A stretch of DNA of 53,448 nt from a virus. Lineage: Duplodnaviria > Caudoviricetes. Both the position numbers and the translations under genes were made by a program. The stretch lies in the IMG/VR virus record IMGVR_UViG_3300031753_000009, positions 1-53,448 of that record. One strand, written 5' to 3'. Shown one piece after another: positions 1-9,495 of the stretch (positions are counted from its first letter, which is position 1; the number at the start of each line of letters is the position of its first letter). The notes under the pieces were generated by a model that was given only the letters and a program-made list of their open reading frames with translations, did no database searches and was not told the origin of the DNA.

Positions 1-2455
1 TGAACGTAACTGTGCAAGCCGTGCTCGGGGATGTGCCAACCGTCACTCTGCCTCGCCAATCGTCACTCGTGGCGGCGATCGAGGGAGACGTGCCGCAGGA
101 GGTGACGGCCGGATTAGGCGGCTTGTCCCACAGGTTGTTGGCTGTGCGCACCGTTGCCGTCGAGCTGTCGGTCAAGGAAACTGCAATGGTCGCAATTGAC
201 GTGTTGCCCTCGATCTGGACGGTGCCGGTCGTGCCTTGCAGCAAAACCGGGTAGGTGCAGCTCAGGAATTGGTTGCCCACGACGTTATTGTTCGGGGCTC
301 CCGTCATGCTCAGAAGCACGCCGTAAATCGTGTTGCCACTCGATCCGCAGTTGAACTTGTTGCCGACGATGTTGTGATGGGCGGCGCTGTTCGCGCTCAG
401 TAGAATCCCACCGTAGGAACCACTGGTCGTCGTGTTGCCCAGAGATTCAATGTGGTTGCCGGTGAAATTCAGATTTTTGACGGCGGCGTTTGCGTCGGAG
501 TAGATCGAACCTTGCACGTAGCCGAAATGAAGTCCTTCAACACTGAAGGCGCTGGTCGTCGTTGCCGTCGAAGTGAAATTGAAAAGGGTCGCGGCTTGCG
601 TCGGAACGAGCGGGTTGATCGCATAAACTTCGGAGCTGGTGAAGTTTGTTGTATCGATAACCGCAGCACCTTCGACCGAAAGTATGGTTCCGATCGCATC
701 CCACAATGCGGGGGAAACATTGGAAACATCGAGGGTGCCGCTAAGTAAGCGTACTCCGTAACGATACCCGTAAATCAACCCCGCGCGCACCTGCAATCCA
801 TCGAACTTGGTGTAAGTCGAAGAACCGACATCGATGCGGATAAACTCGCCGTTTGCCGCTGTGTAGGTTTGCAGGTTCTTGGGACCCGTGTTGCCCTGGT
901 TCCCGAAGGCCCCCACGGTGAATTTATTGGATGAAGCGATGTTAAGGATGTCCGCGGCGCCGTTGAGCATCCACGCGCATTTATCGACACAATAAATCAA
1001 ATTGTCGCCAAGAACAACGCGGCCGAGCCCGGACGAAGCAGCGCTCGAATCGACCTTGATAAGCTGAAAAGCATTGGCGATGCGCAACTTGTTCAGCCAC
1101 ACGTTGACGAACACCGAGCTTTCAAACAGGGCCGGATAGGTCAGTGGCGTCGTTTGCGAGTTGTCCTGTGCGGGCCAGAAGAACCCCATGTCCGAAACTT
1201 CAACGCCGTCCATGCCGCCGAACACGGATGTCGAAGTGTTGGAAATGAAAAAATTAGTTCCGCCATTGAAGGGAAACTCATTCAGGCTGGACGGCCCGTC
1301 GCCGTAAAATTTAATGTGGTTGAGTGCAATAGCCGAGCTTTGCGAGGCCAGCCAATACGTGCCGGACGGCGCGTACACCGCAACATTCGCCGAGATCGCG
1401 GCAGAAACGGCATTGGAAACCGCCGTCGTGTCATCCGTGCCGTAGCTGAATTGGCCGCCGACCTGATACGGCACGAGGTTGAGCTCCGCCCCGGTGCCGC
1501 CTCCTCCCGTCGTATTGACAGGATTGGAGGGCAGAACCGAGCAATTGCCCGGCGTGACACTGGCAAGAACCGCCGTGACGGCATTGCCCGACACCGTGAC
1601 GGAGAATTGCGGTTGCGTGATGCATGTTCCGCCGGTCACCGTGAGGGTTTGAGTACCGTTAGTGTAACCCGAGCCACCCGTCTGCACCGAAGCGCTCCAG
1701 GTGCCGGACCACGGCGTTGCCAGCGTCGTAGCGAACGAGAGAGTCCAGGAATTGCCCGAGCAGCCCGTGATGGTTCCTGCCTGCGGGACGCCTGCGGCAC
1801 CCGAGCCGTGCAGGATGATGTATTTGCCGGTGTCTCCCGACACGCAATTCGCCGAAGCGCTGGCGAGAGTCGAAGTGCCTGCCGCGATCGTGCCGTCGCT
1901 GTAGCTTACCGTGTCGCCCTTCGCGTTGTACGGGGGCGCCTTGACGTTGATCGTCGAAGCGACGGGCGGAACGCCGCAATCCTTGACCAGCGTGCCGGAT
2001 GTATTGTTCCAGCAGACGAGATCGCCTGAAACTGTCGTTCCAGGTCCGGTAATGCCGCCGACCGTGTAGGGGAAATTATATGTGACGCCGTTGATGTTGA
2101 AGGCGAGCGGAACGGCCGAAGCGCCATTGTAGGAAAAGACCGAGAGTGTTGCCTGCGTGGGGGTGATCCCCAGGCACAGCGCCGAATAGGCTTGCGTGAT
2201 CGGCGCCGTGTTCTGGCAGATGCCTGGCCCTTGCGTCGTTACGCCGATGCTGGACAGGAAGCCGGAAGCAGCCGTGCCGGCGTCGATCACAATGCCCGGC
2301 GCAATCCACATGACCGCGTGACCCGGCGTGACATTGCCGGATTGCTGCACGGGTTGCGTGTGCGCTACGCCCATCAAAGCTAACAGGGATGCGACGATTG
2401 TCGCTATTTGACGCGATTTGACGCGATTTGTCGGAGATGCAAAGATGCGGCTCAT
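1..2455 (-). CDS. Tailspike/tail-fibre-like beta-helix protein with putative signal peptide; runs off the window
   Basis: Absent from the ORF track (no stop in window). Both ends hand-translated in the same frame. ATG at 2455 overlaps the upstream TGA (ATGA). N-terminus MSRIFASPTNRVKSRQIATIVASLLALMGVAHT-QPVQQSGNVTPGH; pectate-lyase-3-like INVKAPPYNAKGD and YGTDDTTAV; ends RGRVTVGTSPSTACTVTF at the edge. Confidence 0.75.
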   Translation of the reverse strand, partial: MSRIFASPTNRVKSRQIATIVASLLALMGVAHTQPVQQSGNVTPGHAVMWIAPGIVIDAGTAASGFLSSIGVTTQGPGICQNTAPITQAYSALCLGITPTQATLSVFSYNGASAVPLAFNINGVTYNFPYTVGGITGPGTTVSGDLVCWNNTSGTLVKDCGVPPVASTINVKAPPYNAKGDTVSYSDGTIAAGTSTLASASANCVSGDTGKYIILHGSGAAGVPQAGTITGCSGNSWTLSFATTLATPWSGTWSASVQTGGSGYTNGTQTLTVTGGTCITQPQFSVTVSGNAVTAVLASVTPGNCSVLPSNPVNTTGGGGTGAELNLVPYQVGGQFSYGTDDTTAVSNAVSAAISANVAVYAPSGTYWLASQSSAIALNHIKFYGDGPSSLNEFPFNGGTNFFISNTSTSVFGGMDGVEVSDMGFFWPAQDNSQTTPLTYPALFESSVFVNVWLNKLRIANAFQLIKVDSSAASSGLGRVVLGDNLIYCVDKCAWMLNGAADILNIASSNKFTVGAFGNQGNTGPKNLQTYTAANGEFIRIDVGSSTYTKFDGLQVRAGLIYGYRYGVRLLSGTLDVSNVSPALWDAIGTILSVEGAAVIDTTNFTSSEVYAINPLVPTQAATLFNFTSTATTTSAFSVEGLHFGYVQGSIYSDANAAVKNLNFTGNHIESLGNTTTSGSYGGILLSANSAAHHNIVGNKFNCGSSGNTIYGVLLSMTGAPNNNVVGNQFLSCTYPVLLQGTTGTVQIEGNTSIATIAVSLTDSSTATVRTANNLWDKPPNPAVTSCGTSPSIAATSDDWRGRVTVGTSPSTACTVTF

Positions 2456-2943
2456 GAGAGGTCGATCGCCGTTATGTATATGTCCGCCGTCGCCAGCGTC
2501 GGTTGTGGCGTCGTCAGCGAAAACCAGATGTTCATCAGCCCGCCGATCTGACCGAGCACGGCAGCGGAGAACCGCGTGTTGTTGGCGTATGAACTGAGGA
2601 ACGGCAATAGGAGGCTGTTCGATCCGGTCAACGCGGCGTAGGATTGTGTGGCGGCAACGATCGGCGTGCCGCCCTTGGACGGCTGCGGATAGAACCCGCC
2701 TTGCGCCGTTGCGAGGCTCATCGAGGGGTTGGTGACGATGATGCTCACCAGCATGAACGCGGTAATGTAGAGCGGAATAGGAATCGGCTGATCGAATGTC
2801 GTCGAGAAGTTGACGCTTTTGGCGGAAGCGATCACGCGCGCGTAAGTTGGAGCGGCGCCGAAATCACCGATCACGCCATTCGTAACCCAGGAAGTTAGAT
2901 GCCCTGGTGTTACGAGTCCACTTTGAAGGACTGCGCCACTCAT
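2452..2943 (-). CDS. 163-aa virion appendage-associated protein; no signal peptide, no Cys
   Basis: Start MSGAVLQSGLVTPGH at 2943 (ATGA overlap); paralogous to 4012-4551. Confidence 0.7.
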   Translation of the reverse strand: MSGAVLQSGLVTPGHLTSWVTNGVIGDFGAAPTYARVIASAKSVNFSTTFDQPIPIPLYITAFMLVSIIVTNPSMSLATAQGGFYPQPSKGGTPIVAATQSYAALTGSNSLLLPFLSSYANNTRFSAAVLGQIGGLMNIWFSLTTPQPTLATADIYITAIDLS

Positions 2944-3986
2944 GGATTGTCGAACTCGATGCCGCCGCCAATCGTAGTAATCGATCCGGTTGATGCTGAG
3001 CTGACAACCAGCAGATCGTAAGACTGTCCGGCAGTGCAAGCAGATGTGTGCGTCGTATCGTTACAGGTTGTTGCCGGACCTGTTATGGTGCAGGTTATTT
3101 GATTTGAAGGCGTAGCGTTATTGATGCGCCATGTGGCTGTAAGGGTTTGCCCGGTAGCGGGCGCCGTCGAAACGAGATAGAGATTTTTGAAAGTGCCGCC
3201 AAATGGGCACAGCCCTTGAATGGCTGCTTCGGTTGTTGCCAAACCAATGAGGATGTAAGCGGTGGTATTTTGAGGCAGCGCAGTGGCGGCGCTCGACATC
3301 GGAATGATTTGGCGCGTTGAAGCCCACGAGCCTGTTCCCGAGCCGTTCGTTTGCAGGAATTGAAGGTTCGTGCCGCCTGTCGGCACTTGAGATTGCGCAA
3401 GCGAGCCGGTCAGGTCCCCAAAACCAGCCTGCGAGACAGTGCCGCTGCCGTTTGCTTTAAGCGCCCCATTGACGGAACCAGCTCCGCCGTTCGCCGCTGG
3501 TAGAACCCCTGTAACGGTTGAGGTGCCGAGTGCAAGCGTGAAGCCTGTCCCGGTGCCGCCTGTTGTCAGCGTCCCAACTGCCGTCAAGGACGAAGTTACG
3601 ACATTCGTGGCAAGCGTGGTACCGGTAAGCGTGCCCGCCGCGGCAGGGGCGGTGCATGTCGATCCAAGCGTGCATGTCTGCCCGTTGACTGTCGTAGCGG
3701 GGTTCACAAGATCGGCGTTGGTGACGAGCCCTGTGGCCGTGAAGCTGTTAATGACGGTCAAGGCGGAGATCGTCAGGCCGCTGGGGAGCGTGCTCGTGCC
3801 GGAACAGACACCAGAATTGTTGTACAGCAACTGCCCGCTGGACGGAGGGCCGCAAGCATTGATGATGTCTTGCGCGGTGAGAACGGAACCGCCTGTCAGG
3901 CGGACAGGATTGGTTTGCGCATAGGCGATCGCGGCGCCGAACAGGAGGGCGCTGAGGAAGTAGAAAAAGGAAGGACGCAATTTCAT
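2940..3986 (-). CDS. Gly/Thr-rich tail-fibre-like protein with signal peptide (348 aa)
   Basis: Start MKLRPSFFYFLSALLFGAAIAYA-Q; fibre-like segments VTGVLPAANGG and LQTNGSGTGSW; 8 Cys. Confidence 0.7.
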   Translation of the reverse strand: MKLRPSFFYFLSALLFGAAIAYAQTNPVRLTGGSVLTAQDIINACGPPSSGQLLYNNSGVCSGTSTLPSGLTISALTVINSFTATGLVTNADLVNPATTVNGQTCTLGSTCTAPAAAGTLTGTTLATNVVTSSLTAVGTLTTGGTGTGFTLALGTSTVTGVLPAANGGAGSVNGALKANGSGTVSQAGFGDLTGSLAQSQVPTGGTNLQFLQTNGSGTGSWASTRQIIPMSSAATALPQNTTAYILIGLATTEAAIQGLCPFGGTFKNLYLVSTAPATGQTLTATWRINNATPSNQITCTITGPATTCNDTTHTSACTAGQSYDLLVVSSASTGSITTIGGGIEFDNP

Positions 3987-4011
3987 TTTTGTTCGGGTGC
4001 AATGATCGTTC

Positions 4012-4551
4012 TTATGACCAATCCTGTATCCGCACGCCCACATCGCATGTGAGCGCAGCCGCATTGGCGACCGTAACGTTGATGTAAATCGTTGCCGCCG
4101 TGAGCATAGTCGTGGCGACACTGCCGGCAATGGTTGAGTTGATTATCACCGAGGATGATGTCGCTCCGGTTATCGTCGCTGCTGCCACGATATTCGTGCC
4201 GCTCGCGCTTGCCCCGGTCCACAAACCAAGGGCGGCGAGAATTGGCGTGGTCGAGCAATTGGTAATTCCGACTGCAACAACTTGGTAGCGGGTTATCGTA
4301 GCGGGGATCGCGATTGTAGCTTTGTCACCAGTACCGGAGCCGAGGACAACCGCCTTGGCCTGATAGACACCAGCACTGTCGAGAGCCGGCGCACACTGCA
4401 TCGGCGAACCAGCAACAAGCGGCCATCCAGTTGTACCGCACCCGGTCGGCGTCGTATTAACCGGAGGGATTTGTGCCAAAGCTGGCGCAATAATCCCCAG
4501 CACGAGAAGCGCGAGAAGCGCGAGAACTAATGAATATCGGCGCATCAGCAT
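4012..4551 (-). CDS. Secreted-type appendage protein with signal peptide
   Basis: MRRYSLVLALLALLVLGIIAPALA-Q; 4 Cys; start at 4551 or 4545. Confidence 0.75.
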   Translation of the reverse strand: MLMRRYSLVLALLALLVLGIIAPALAQIPPVNTTPTGCGTTGWPLVAGSPMQCAPALDSAGVYQAKAVVLGSGTGDKATIAIPATITRYQVVAVGITNCSTTPILAALGLWTGASASGTNIVAAATITGATSSSVIINSTIAGSVATTMLTAATIYINVTVANAAALTCDVGVRIQDWS

Positions 4552-6728
4552 GATCCACCTACGTTATCCACAATGGTTACCGCTGTTGATGATGTTCCCG
4601 CGTATGAAATAAGTTTGCAGGTTCCAGAATTTGTGCCGGCCACCCACTCTAATTTAGCAAATCCACCTCCGGGCGCTGTGCCACTCGCAGTTATCTTTGC
4701 TTGTCCGATCTCACCTATTGAAAGCGTCGCTGCGGACGCCTCGTTGCCGACTTGAGTGGTGCCTGTCACGTTTCCGTTGCCAATGTAACCAAGATTATTG
4801 GTGATACGGACGTGACTACCCGGAACGTCGAGTTGCAAGACGCCTTGGCCGCTGGCATGAACATTGTCGTGGTAGTCGAGATAATCGAGCCCAGTGCCAT
4901 TGAGGACCAGGCACTGATTGGTAGTCAGACAAATGTTGTCATGAGCGACGGTGTTAATCGCAAAGGTTTGATCGAAGGTAAGGCAATATAAGAGCGACGA
5001 AATTCCACAAATGTTGTCGGAGATAATATTGCCGGTACCAGTAGCGATCTCTATACCAATATAACCATTCCCGATGCGGTTGCCTCTAATTTGGCTATTG
5101 CCAGAAAACGCGCCGTTAAACTGCATCACGTCGCCGAACTGGGAGGCACCCGATAGAATCGTGTTGCCCTCGATAATATGCCCCGAGCCGGCAAAGACCC
5201 CAAAACCTAAATAGACTGCCTGACTAATCACGTTATGATGAAGATTGATATTAATCGGAGCCGAGCCGCCATTCGCAGCATCGATGAGGATATTATAGGC
5301 CTGCGACGATGAGAAGTCGGTGGAATCAACTATCGTCTCAGACGAGCCGCCGTCAAAGTGGAACGAACTCGATGTAGTGTCGGCCACAAGTTGCCACACT
5401 ACTCCAGCGTCGGCGACGACAGTCAAATAAGGCGCAACAGTCGGCTGCGTGCCGGTCCCGCCGGTGCCGTTCGTTTGCGTGAAGCTGACGGTAACGCCAG
5501 TTATCGCACCGCACCCAGGGCCAGAAATCGGAAGGGCATTCGCGGGGCTCGATGGGAACGAGGCGTAGTAGCCGGAATAAGAAATGGTCAGCGAACCGCT
5601 CAGCGCGCCGCCAGTCACGGTCCCGGTAACGGTAGCAAGGGCCGGTCCGCCGGCTTGGTTAGTTCCAACCGTTCCGCCTTGGATGGCAAAAGTACAAGCT
5701 CCACTACCGCCGCCGCTGCCGCCTGCCGCAACGCTCGCGCTTGCGACGCCGCGCCCGGCCTGCATGTAGTAGGTATGGCCGTTCGCATTCGAGAACACGG
5801 CGACGGTGCCGACCGCATACGCCGTCCCGGCACCACCGTTGTTCGACCAGTTCGATAGTGATTGGCTTCGTGCACTCGGCAATTGCAGCGGCCAGACCTG
5901 ATCGAAGGTGGAGTCGTGAATACGGCCATTGGCTTCGAAGCTTGTATTACTGATGTGGCCAAGGTTCGCATAGGCGTAGGTGGCATACACCTTGTCGGCG
6001 ACATGATCGGCGGACTGAAATAGCATCCCGTCGAGCCCGCCAGTGGACCCGACCATGTGAAACTTGCACTGCTGGCACGCCGGCCCCATTACCAGCGCGT
6101 TACTTGTCGGCAAAATACCCCCAGCACTGTTGCCGATGCCGGGAATGCCGGCTCCCCAAAATTGCAAATTGGATACTAGCATCTGCGATGCGTTCGCGGT
6201 GAACGGCGTCACATCGTGATTACAGTTGCTGATGGCCGTACCGGGCTGCGAAGCGCCCTGAACGATCAGGCCAGGTATGGCCCAGGTGAGACCGGTAAAC
6301 GTACAGTTGACCCCAGGCGGCAGCACAACGATGCCGCCCGATCCATTACGGGCGTAGCCGACCTGATTAGCCTGCAACGCAGCATAGAGATTGGCGAATG
6401 CGGTGTCGTTGTTCGTCGACCCGTCACCCTTGACCCCGAACCATGCAGCGCTGACCGGCGTATCCGGTGTGCACGCCCATCCGGTCGTGGTGCCGGTGAC
6501 GCGGGCGGTTATCTGGCCAACGGTGCTGCAAAATAGGCTGTCGAACCAATTCGAGATCGTATCGCCCTTGCACCCCGCAGGCGTCGCCCCATTAGTGCCG
6601 AGAAGCTGGTTGGGACCGGCACCGCAAACCGAAGGAATTGAACTGGCGTTGACGCCCGAACTTAATTCTTGCGCCGAGGCTGAGAGAGTGAGAAGAAGAC
6701 CTGCAATTGCGCCAATAATAAATTTCAT
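4545..6728 (-). CDS. Pectate-lyase-like beta-helix tailspike with signal peptide (727 aa)
   Basis: Start MKFIIGAIAGLLLTLSASA-Q at 6728 (TGATG overlap); WFGVKGDGSTNNDTAF motif; beta-helix rungs IIEGNTI, IRGNRI, IISDNIC; 16 Cys. Confidence 0.8.
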   Translation of the reverse strand: MKFIIGAIAGLLLTLSASAQELSSGVNASSIPSVCGAGPNQLLGTNGATPAGCKGDTISNWFDSLFCSTVGQITARVTGTTTGWACTPDTPVSAAWFGVKGDGSTNNDTAFANLYAALQANQVGYARNGSGGIVVLPPGVNCTFTGLTWAIPGLIVQGASQPGTAISNCNHDVTPFTANASQMLVSNLQFWGAGIPGIGNSAGGILPTSNALVMGPACQQCKFHMVGSTGGLDGMLFQSADHVADKVYATYAYANLGHISNTSFEANGRIHDSTFDQVWPLQLPSARSQSLSNWSNNGGAGTAYAVGTVAVFSNANGHTYYMQAGRGVASASVAAGGSGGGSGACTFAIQGGTVGTNQAGGPALATVTGTVTGGALSGSLTISYSGYYASFPSSPANALPISGPGCGAITGVTVSFTQTNGTGGTGTQPTVAPYLTVVADAGVVWQLVADTTSSSFHFDGGSSETIVDSTDFSSSQAYNILIDAANGGSAPININLHHNVISQAVYLGFGVFAGSGHIIEGNTILSGASQFGDVMQFNGAFSGNSQIRGNRIGNGYIGIEIATGTGNIISDNICGISSLLYCLTFDQTFAINTVAHDNICLTTNQCLVLNGTGLDYLDYHDNVHASGQGVLQLDVPGSHVRITNNLGYIGNGNVTGTTQVGNEASAATLSIGEIGQAKITASGTAPGGGFAKLEWVAGTNSGTCKLISYAGTSSTAVTIVDNVGGSC

Positions 6729-7162
6729 CAATTCACCGTGCCGCGAATGAATCCGACCGTGGAGAGCGTCAATGTCGCGCATGCCGTAGAGCTGATAACT
6801 GCGATGATGCCGGTAGAATACGCCACCGGATACGATGGATACGTAATCGATCGCGAAGAGCCCGCGCCGATATCGACGCATTCAACCATGGCATTGGCGG
6901 TCGATCCGTTGCCCGCGGTCGTTGCTCCGTTCGACGGCACGGTTTTGGTGTTGAAAACCATCAACCAGCAGGCAGCGGTGCATTCGGCATAAATACCGAA
7001 AAAGTTGCCGTTGGTTGCCTTGAGGACACAACTCGATACTGCCGAGCCGCATGTCACGTCGATCAGCGTTACGTTGGGAGGCGTGAGCCGGACTTGGCTC
7101 TGTGCCTGCGCGTCAACCGCCCACACCAAGAGGCAAAAAACAGCGAAAAAGCTGCGAATCAC
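6728..7162 (-). CDS. Small beta-rich protein with signal peptide
   Basis: GTG start at 7162 overlapping the upstream TGA; MIRSFFAVFCLLVWAVDAQA-Q; 6 Cys in the mature part. Confidence 0.7.
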   Translation of the reverse strand: MIRSFFAVFCLLVWAVDAQAQSQVRLTPPNVTLIDVTCGSAVSSCVLKATNGNFFGIYAECTAACWLMVFNTKTVPSNGATTAGNGSTANAMVECVDIGAGSSRSITYPSYPVAYSTGIIAVISSTACATLTLSTVGFIRGTVN

Positions 7163-7443
7163 TTCCGCCTCACGATCCAATTGACGACAATTACAAAAAC
7201 CGCGTAGCCGCCGAGCCCCACAAGCTGCTCGATTGTCGGCGTATGAGGCACGACAGTCATCGCGAGCCAGAAGACCGATATGACAGTCAACAGGCTGAAC
7301 AGGTTGCCGAGAGCGATGATAGTCTTCTGGGAGAGCGGCTTGAGCAGCAACAGCAGGAAGTCGGCGGCGCGCTCGGATGCGCCCGAAGATTCAGGCGTCG
7401 GAACGTCGGGTTCCTCGACCACTGTGAACTTCGGTGACGCCAC
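7159..7443 (-). CDS. Two-transmembrane small membrane protein (holin-like size)
   Basis: GTG at 7443 after AGGAG; two hydrophobic segments and a basic C-terminus (VRRK). Confidence 0.55.
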   Translation of the reverse strand: MASPKFTVVEEPDVPTPESSGASERAADFLLLLLKPLSQKTIIALGNLFSLLTVISVFWLAMTVVPHTPTIEQLVGLGGYAVFVIVVNWIVRRK

Positions 7444-7651
7444 GCCTAGTCTCCTCGATCGCTTGCTGGAAATCAGCCATGGTAGAGCCGGAAGGCTCAG
7501 ATTCTTCGTTCCCCTTATCCTTTTTAAGGGTAGCATAGAGCGTCGTTAAAGCCTTTAAAGCGTCTATGCGCTCGGGCAACGGCGTTTTGTCTTTCATCGC
7601 TTCCTTGGCGATGGAAAGCCCAACAGATTCAAGATCGGATCGGAAGGTCAT
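7391..7651 (-). CDS. Hypothetical protein
   Basis: 86-aa ORF in the operon, overlapping both neighbours. Confidence 0.6.
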   Translation of the reverse strand: MTFRSDLESVGLSIAKEAMKDKTPLPERIDALKALTTLYATLKKDKGNEESEPSGSTMADFQQAIEETRRGVTEVHSGRGTRRSDA

Positions 7652-9495
7652 TGTTGCTTTAGCTGTCCTTCAACAGCAATCATGCTTTTCATGGAATCAA
7701 TAGCCGCAGCATTGACCTTATCCATCGATTTGGAAAGCGCTTTGACAAACGCAGGACGCGTCAAAACCTGCGCCGCTATGCTAGGACCAACAAAATTCAA
7801 AGCCGCTGCTCCCATCGCCGCTGCCCACTGTCCGGTAACGGCAAGCGTGACGGGCATTGCCGACTGCGCAAACAGCGGTCCCGCTACGTTGCTTTTAGAC
7901 GTACTGGCAAGTTTGTCCCAAACACTCATCTTTTGAGCTGCCAACACCAGATCATCAAACGCTTGTTCCAATGTAGCGTTGCCCGTTGTTTTGAACAACA
8001 TGTTCTTGGCGTCAGGCGATAGGTTTTTATAGTTAGTCAAAAATGTGCTCAATGAAAAACCTTCCATGTCGCCCAACTTGGAAGGATCGCGATTGCCCAT
8101 ATGAGACAGAACAGTTGCAGCGAGATCGCCTTGCTTCGCTTTGCCGAGCGAATGCCACACAGTTTCAAAAGCTTTCAAGTCGGCGGGGGCTTTGATGCCC
8201 GCTTGCCCGACGAGGATATTATAAACTTTCTCGGCAGCAATGGGCATTTCGCGAGTGCCCAATAGTTTCTTAAACGCCGTGCGATAATCATCCATTGCAT
8301 CTTTGTATGTAGCTTTAGCGTAATGCCAATCTTGCAGCACGTCCTTATTGCCTAAGGATTTAACCGCTTCCTCAATATCCTGATCCAACGCACGCTGGAC
8401 TTGGCTGATCTGAGCCGCGTTAACAGATTTGTCGTATCGCGGCGATAACATTTCACCAAACTTAGATTTCAAAGCTTTCATGTCAGCAAAAGACAGCATG
8501 CCTCCCGTCGAATCCAATAAAGTCTTTACTTCCGTCAATTCAGGAGAATCCGTTATGTCTTTGACTTGTTTCGTTGATGCCGCTCCGACAGGTTTCAGAA
8601 CGGCATTGAGCAAATTATTAGATTTGAACATATCGGCCGGACTGAACGCCTGCTGAATCGCGTTCATAATCTTACCGGCTTCGTCTTTGCGTTGTTCCCA
8701 TCCGGTAAGCAGGGTTTCTTGCAGTTCGTGCCCCGTATCGTACTTAGGTTTAGGAGCCCCGAAAGCCGACGCGATCTCTTGCTGCTGCTTTGTAAACTGC
8801 TGAAGATTACCTTCGATAACTTTCTGCATGCGATTGGCGCTGCCGATCGTTTGCGGCAGCACGTTCGCCTCTAACCATTGTGCAGTTTTACCCCCTACGC
8901 CCGTCGTGGCAGCGGTAGGCGTCAATCCAAGTCGCTTGAACGTATCGTATACTTCATCAAATCCAGGACGAGCTTTAGCGGCGGTCAACGTTCCGCCGGA
9001 TAGTCCTCCACCTAGCATTCCACCTGCTAAACGCCCGACAGGGCCGGCCAATTCTGCACCCTTTTCGGCCCCTACGCCGCCGCCCAAAGCTATTCCAGCT
9101 TTGACAAGCAAGGATTCAGGTCCAATCATTGCAGCAGGAACGAACTCAGCAACGCTCTCAGCATATTTGCCTGGAGTTGTTTGCGTTTCGCCCCACGGAC
9201 CGGTGATGGATTGAATCGTCTCTCTTATTTGCTCCGTCGTAGGCGCGAACTGAGCAAGAATGCCCAGCGGTCCTAACGCAGACGTAGCAACCTGTTGTCC
9301 GGATTCTTTTGAAGCACCCAGCCGTTCAGCGACGGCTCCGCCCGCTTCGCGCAGCTCGGCAGGAAGTCCCACCAACCCGGTAACACCTTTTGCCAAACCA
9401 CGCGGAACTGCTTTTGCAACGTCTTCAATTACACCCGGTTCCGCATCGGCAAATGCGTTATCGTGGGCATCGAATTGATCGAACGGATTTGCCAT
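7648..9495 (-). CDS. Putative internal virion/DNA ejection protein
   Basis: 615 aa, helical, NPFDQFD N-terminus, Gly/Ala hydrophobic stretches; third of three genes after the nozzle. Confidence 0.6.
   Translation of the reverse strand: MANPFDQFDAHDNAFADAEPGVIEDVAKAVPRGLAKGVTGLVGLPAELREAGGAVAERLGASKESGQQVATSALGPLGILAQFAPTTEQIRETIQSITGPWGETQTTPGKYAESVAEFVPAAMIGPESLLVKAGIALGGGVGAEKGAELAGPVGRLAGGMLGGGLSGGTLTAAKARPGFDEVYDTFKRLGLTPTAATTGVGGKTAQWLEANVLPQTIGSANRMQKVIEGNLQQFTKQQQEIASAFGAPKPKYDTGHELQETLLTGWEQRKDEAGKIMNAIQQAFSPADMFKSNNLLNAVLKPVGAASTKQVKDITDSPELTEVKTLLDSTGGMLSFADMKALKSKFGEMLSPRYDKSVNAAQISQVQRALDQDIEEAVKSLGNKDVLQDWHYAKATYKDAMDDYRTAFKKLLGTREMPIAAEKVYNILVGQAGIKAPADLKAFETVWHSLGKAKQGDLAATVLSHMGNRDPSKLGDMEGFSLSTFLTNYKNLSPDAKNMLFKTTGNATLEQAFDDLVLAAQKMSVWDKLASTSKSNVAGPLFAQSAMPVTLAVTGQWAAAMGAAALNFVGPSIAAQVLTRPAFVKALSKSMDKVNAAAIDSMKSMIAVEGQLKQQ

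Noticed and set aside
1154-2029. 291-aa plus-strand ORF and other plus-strand ORFs in 1-2400
   Set aside because: Arg-rich antisense shadows of the minus-strand spike gene.
4502-4526. 9-bp repeat CGAGAAGCG in a signal peptide
   Set aside because: In-frame Leu-Ala-Leu coding repeat with no switching consequence.
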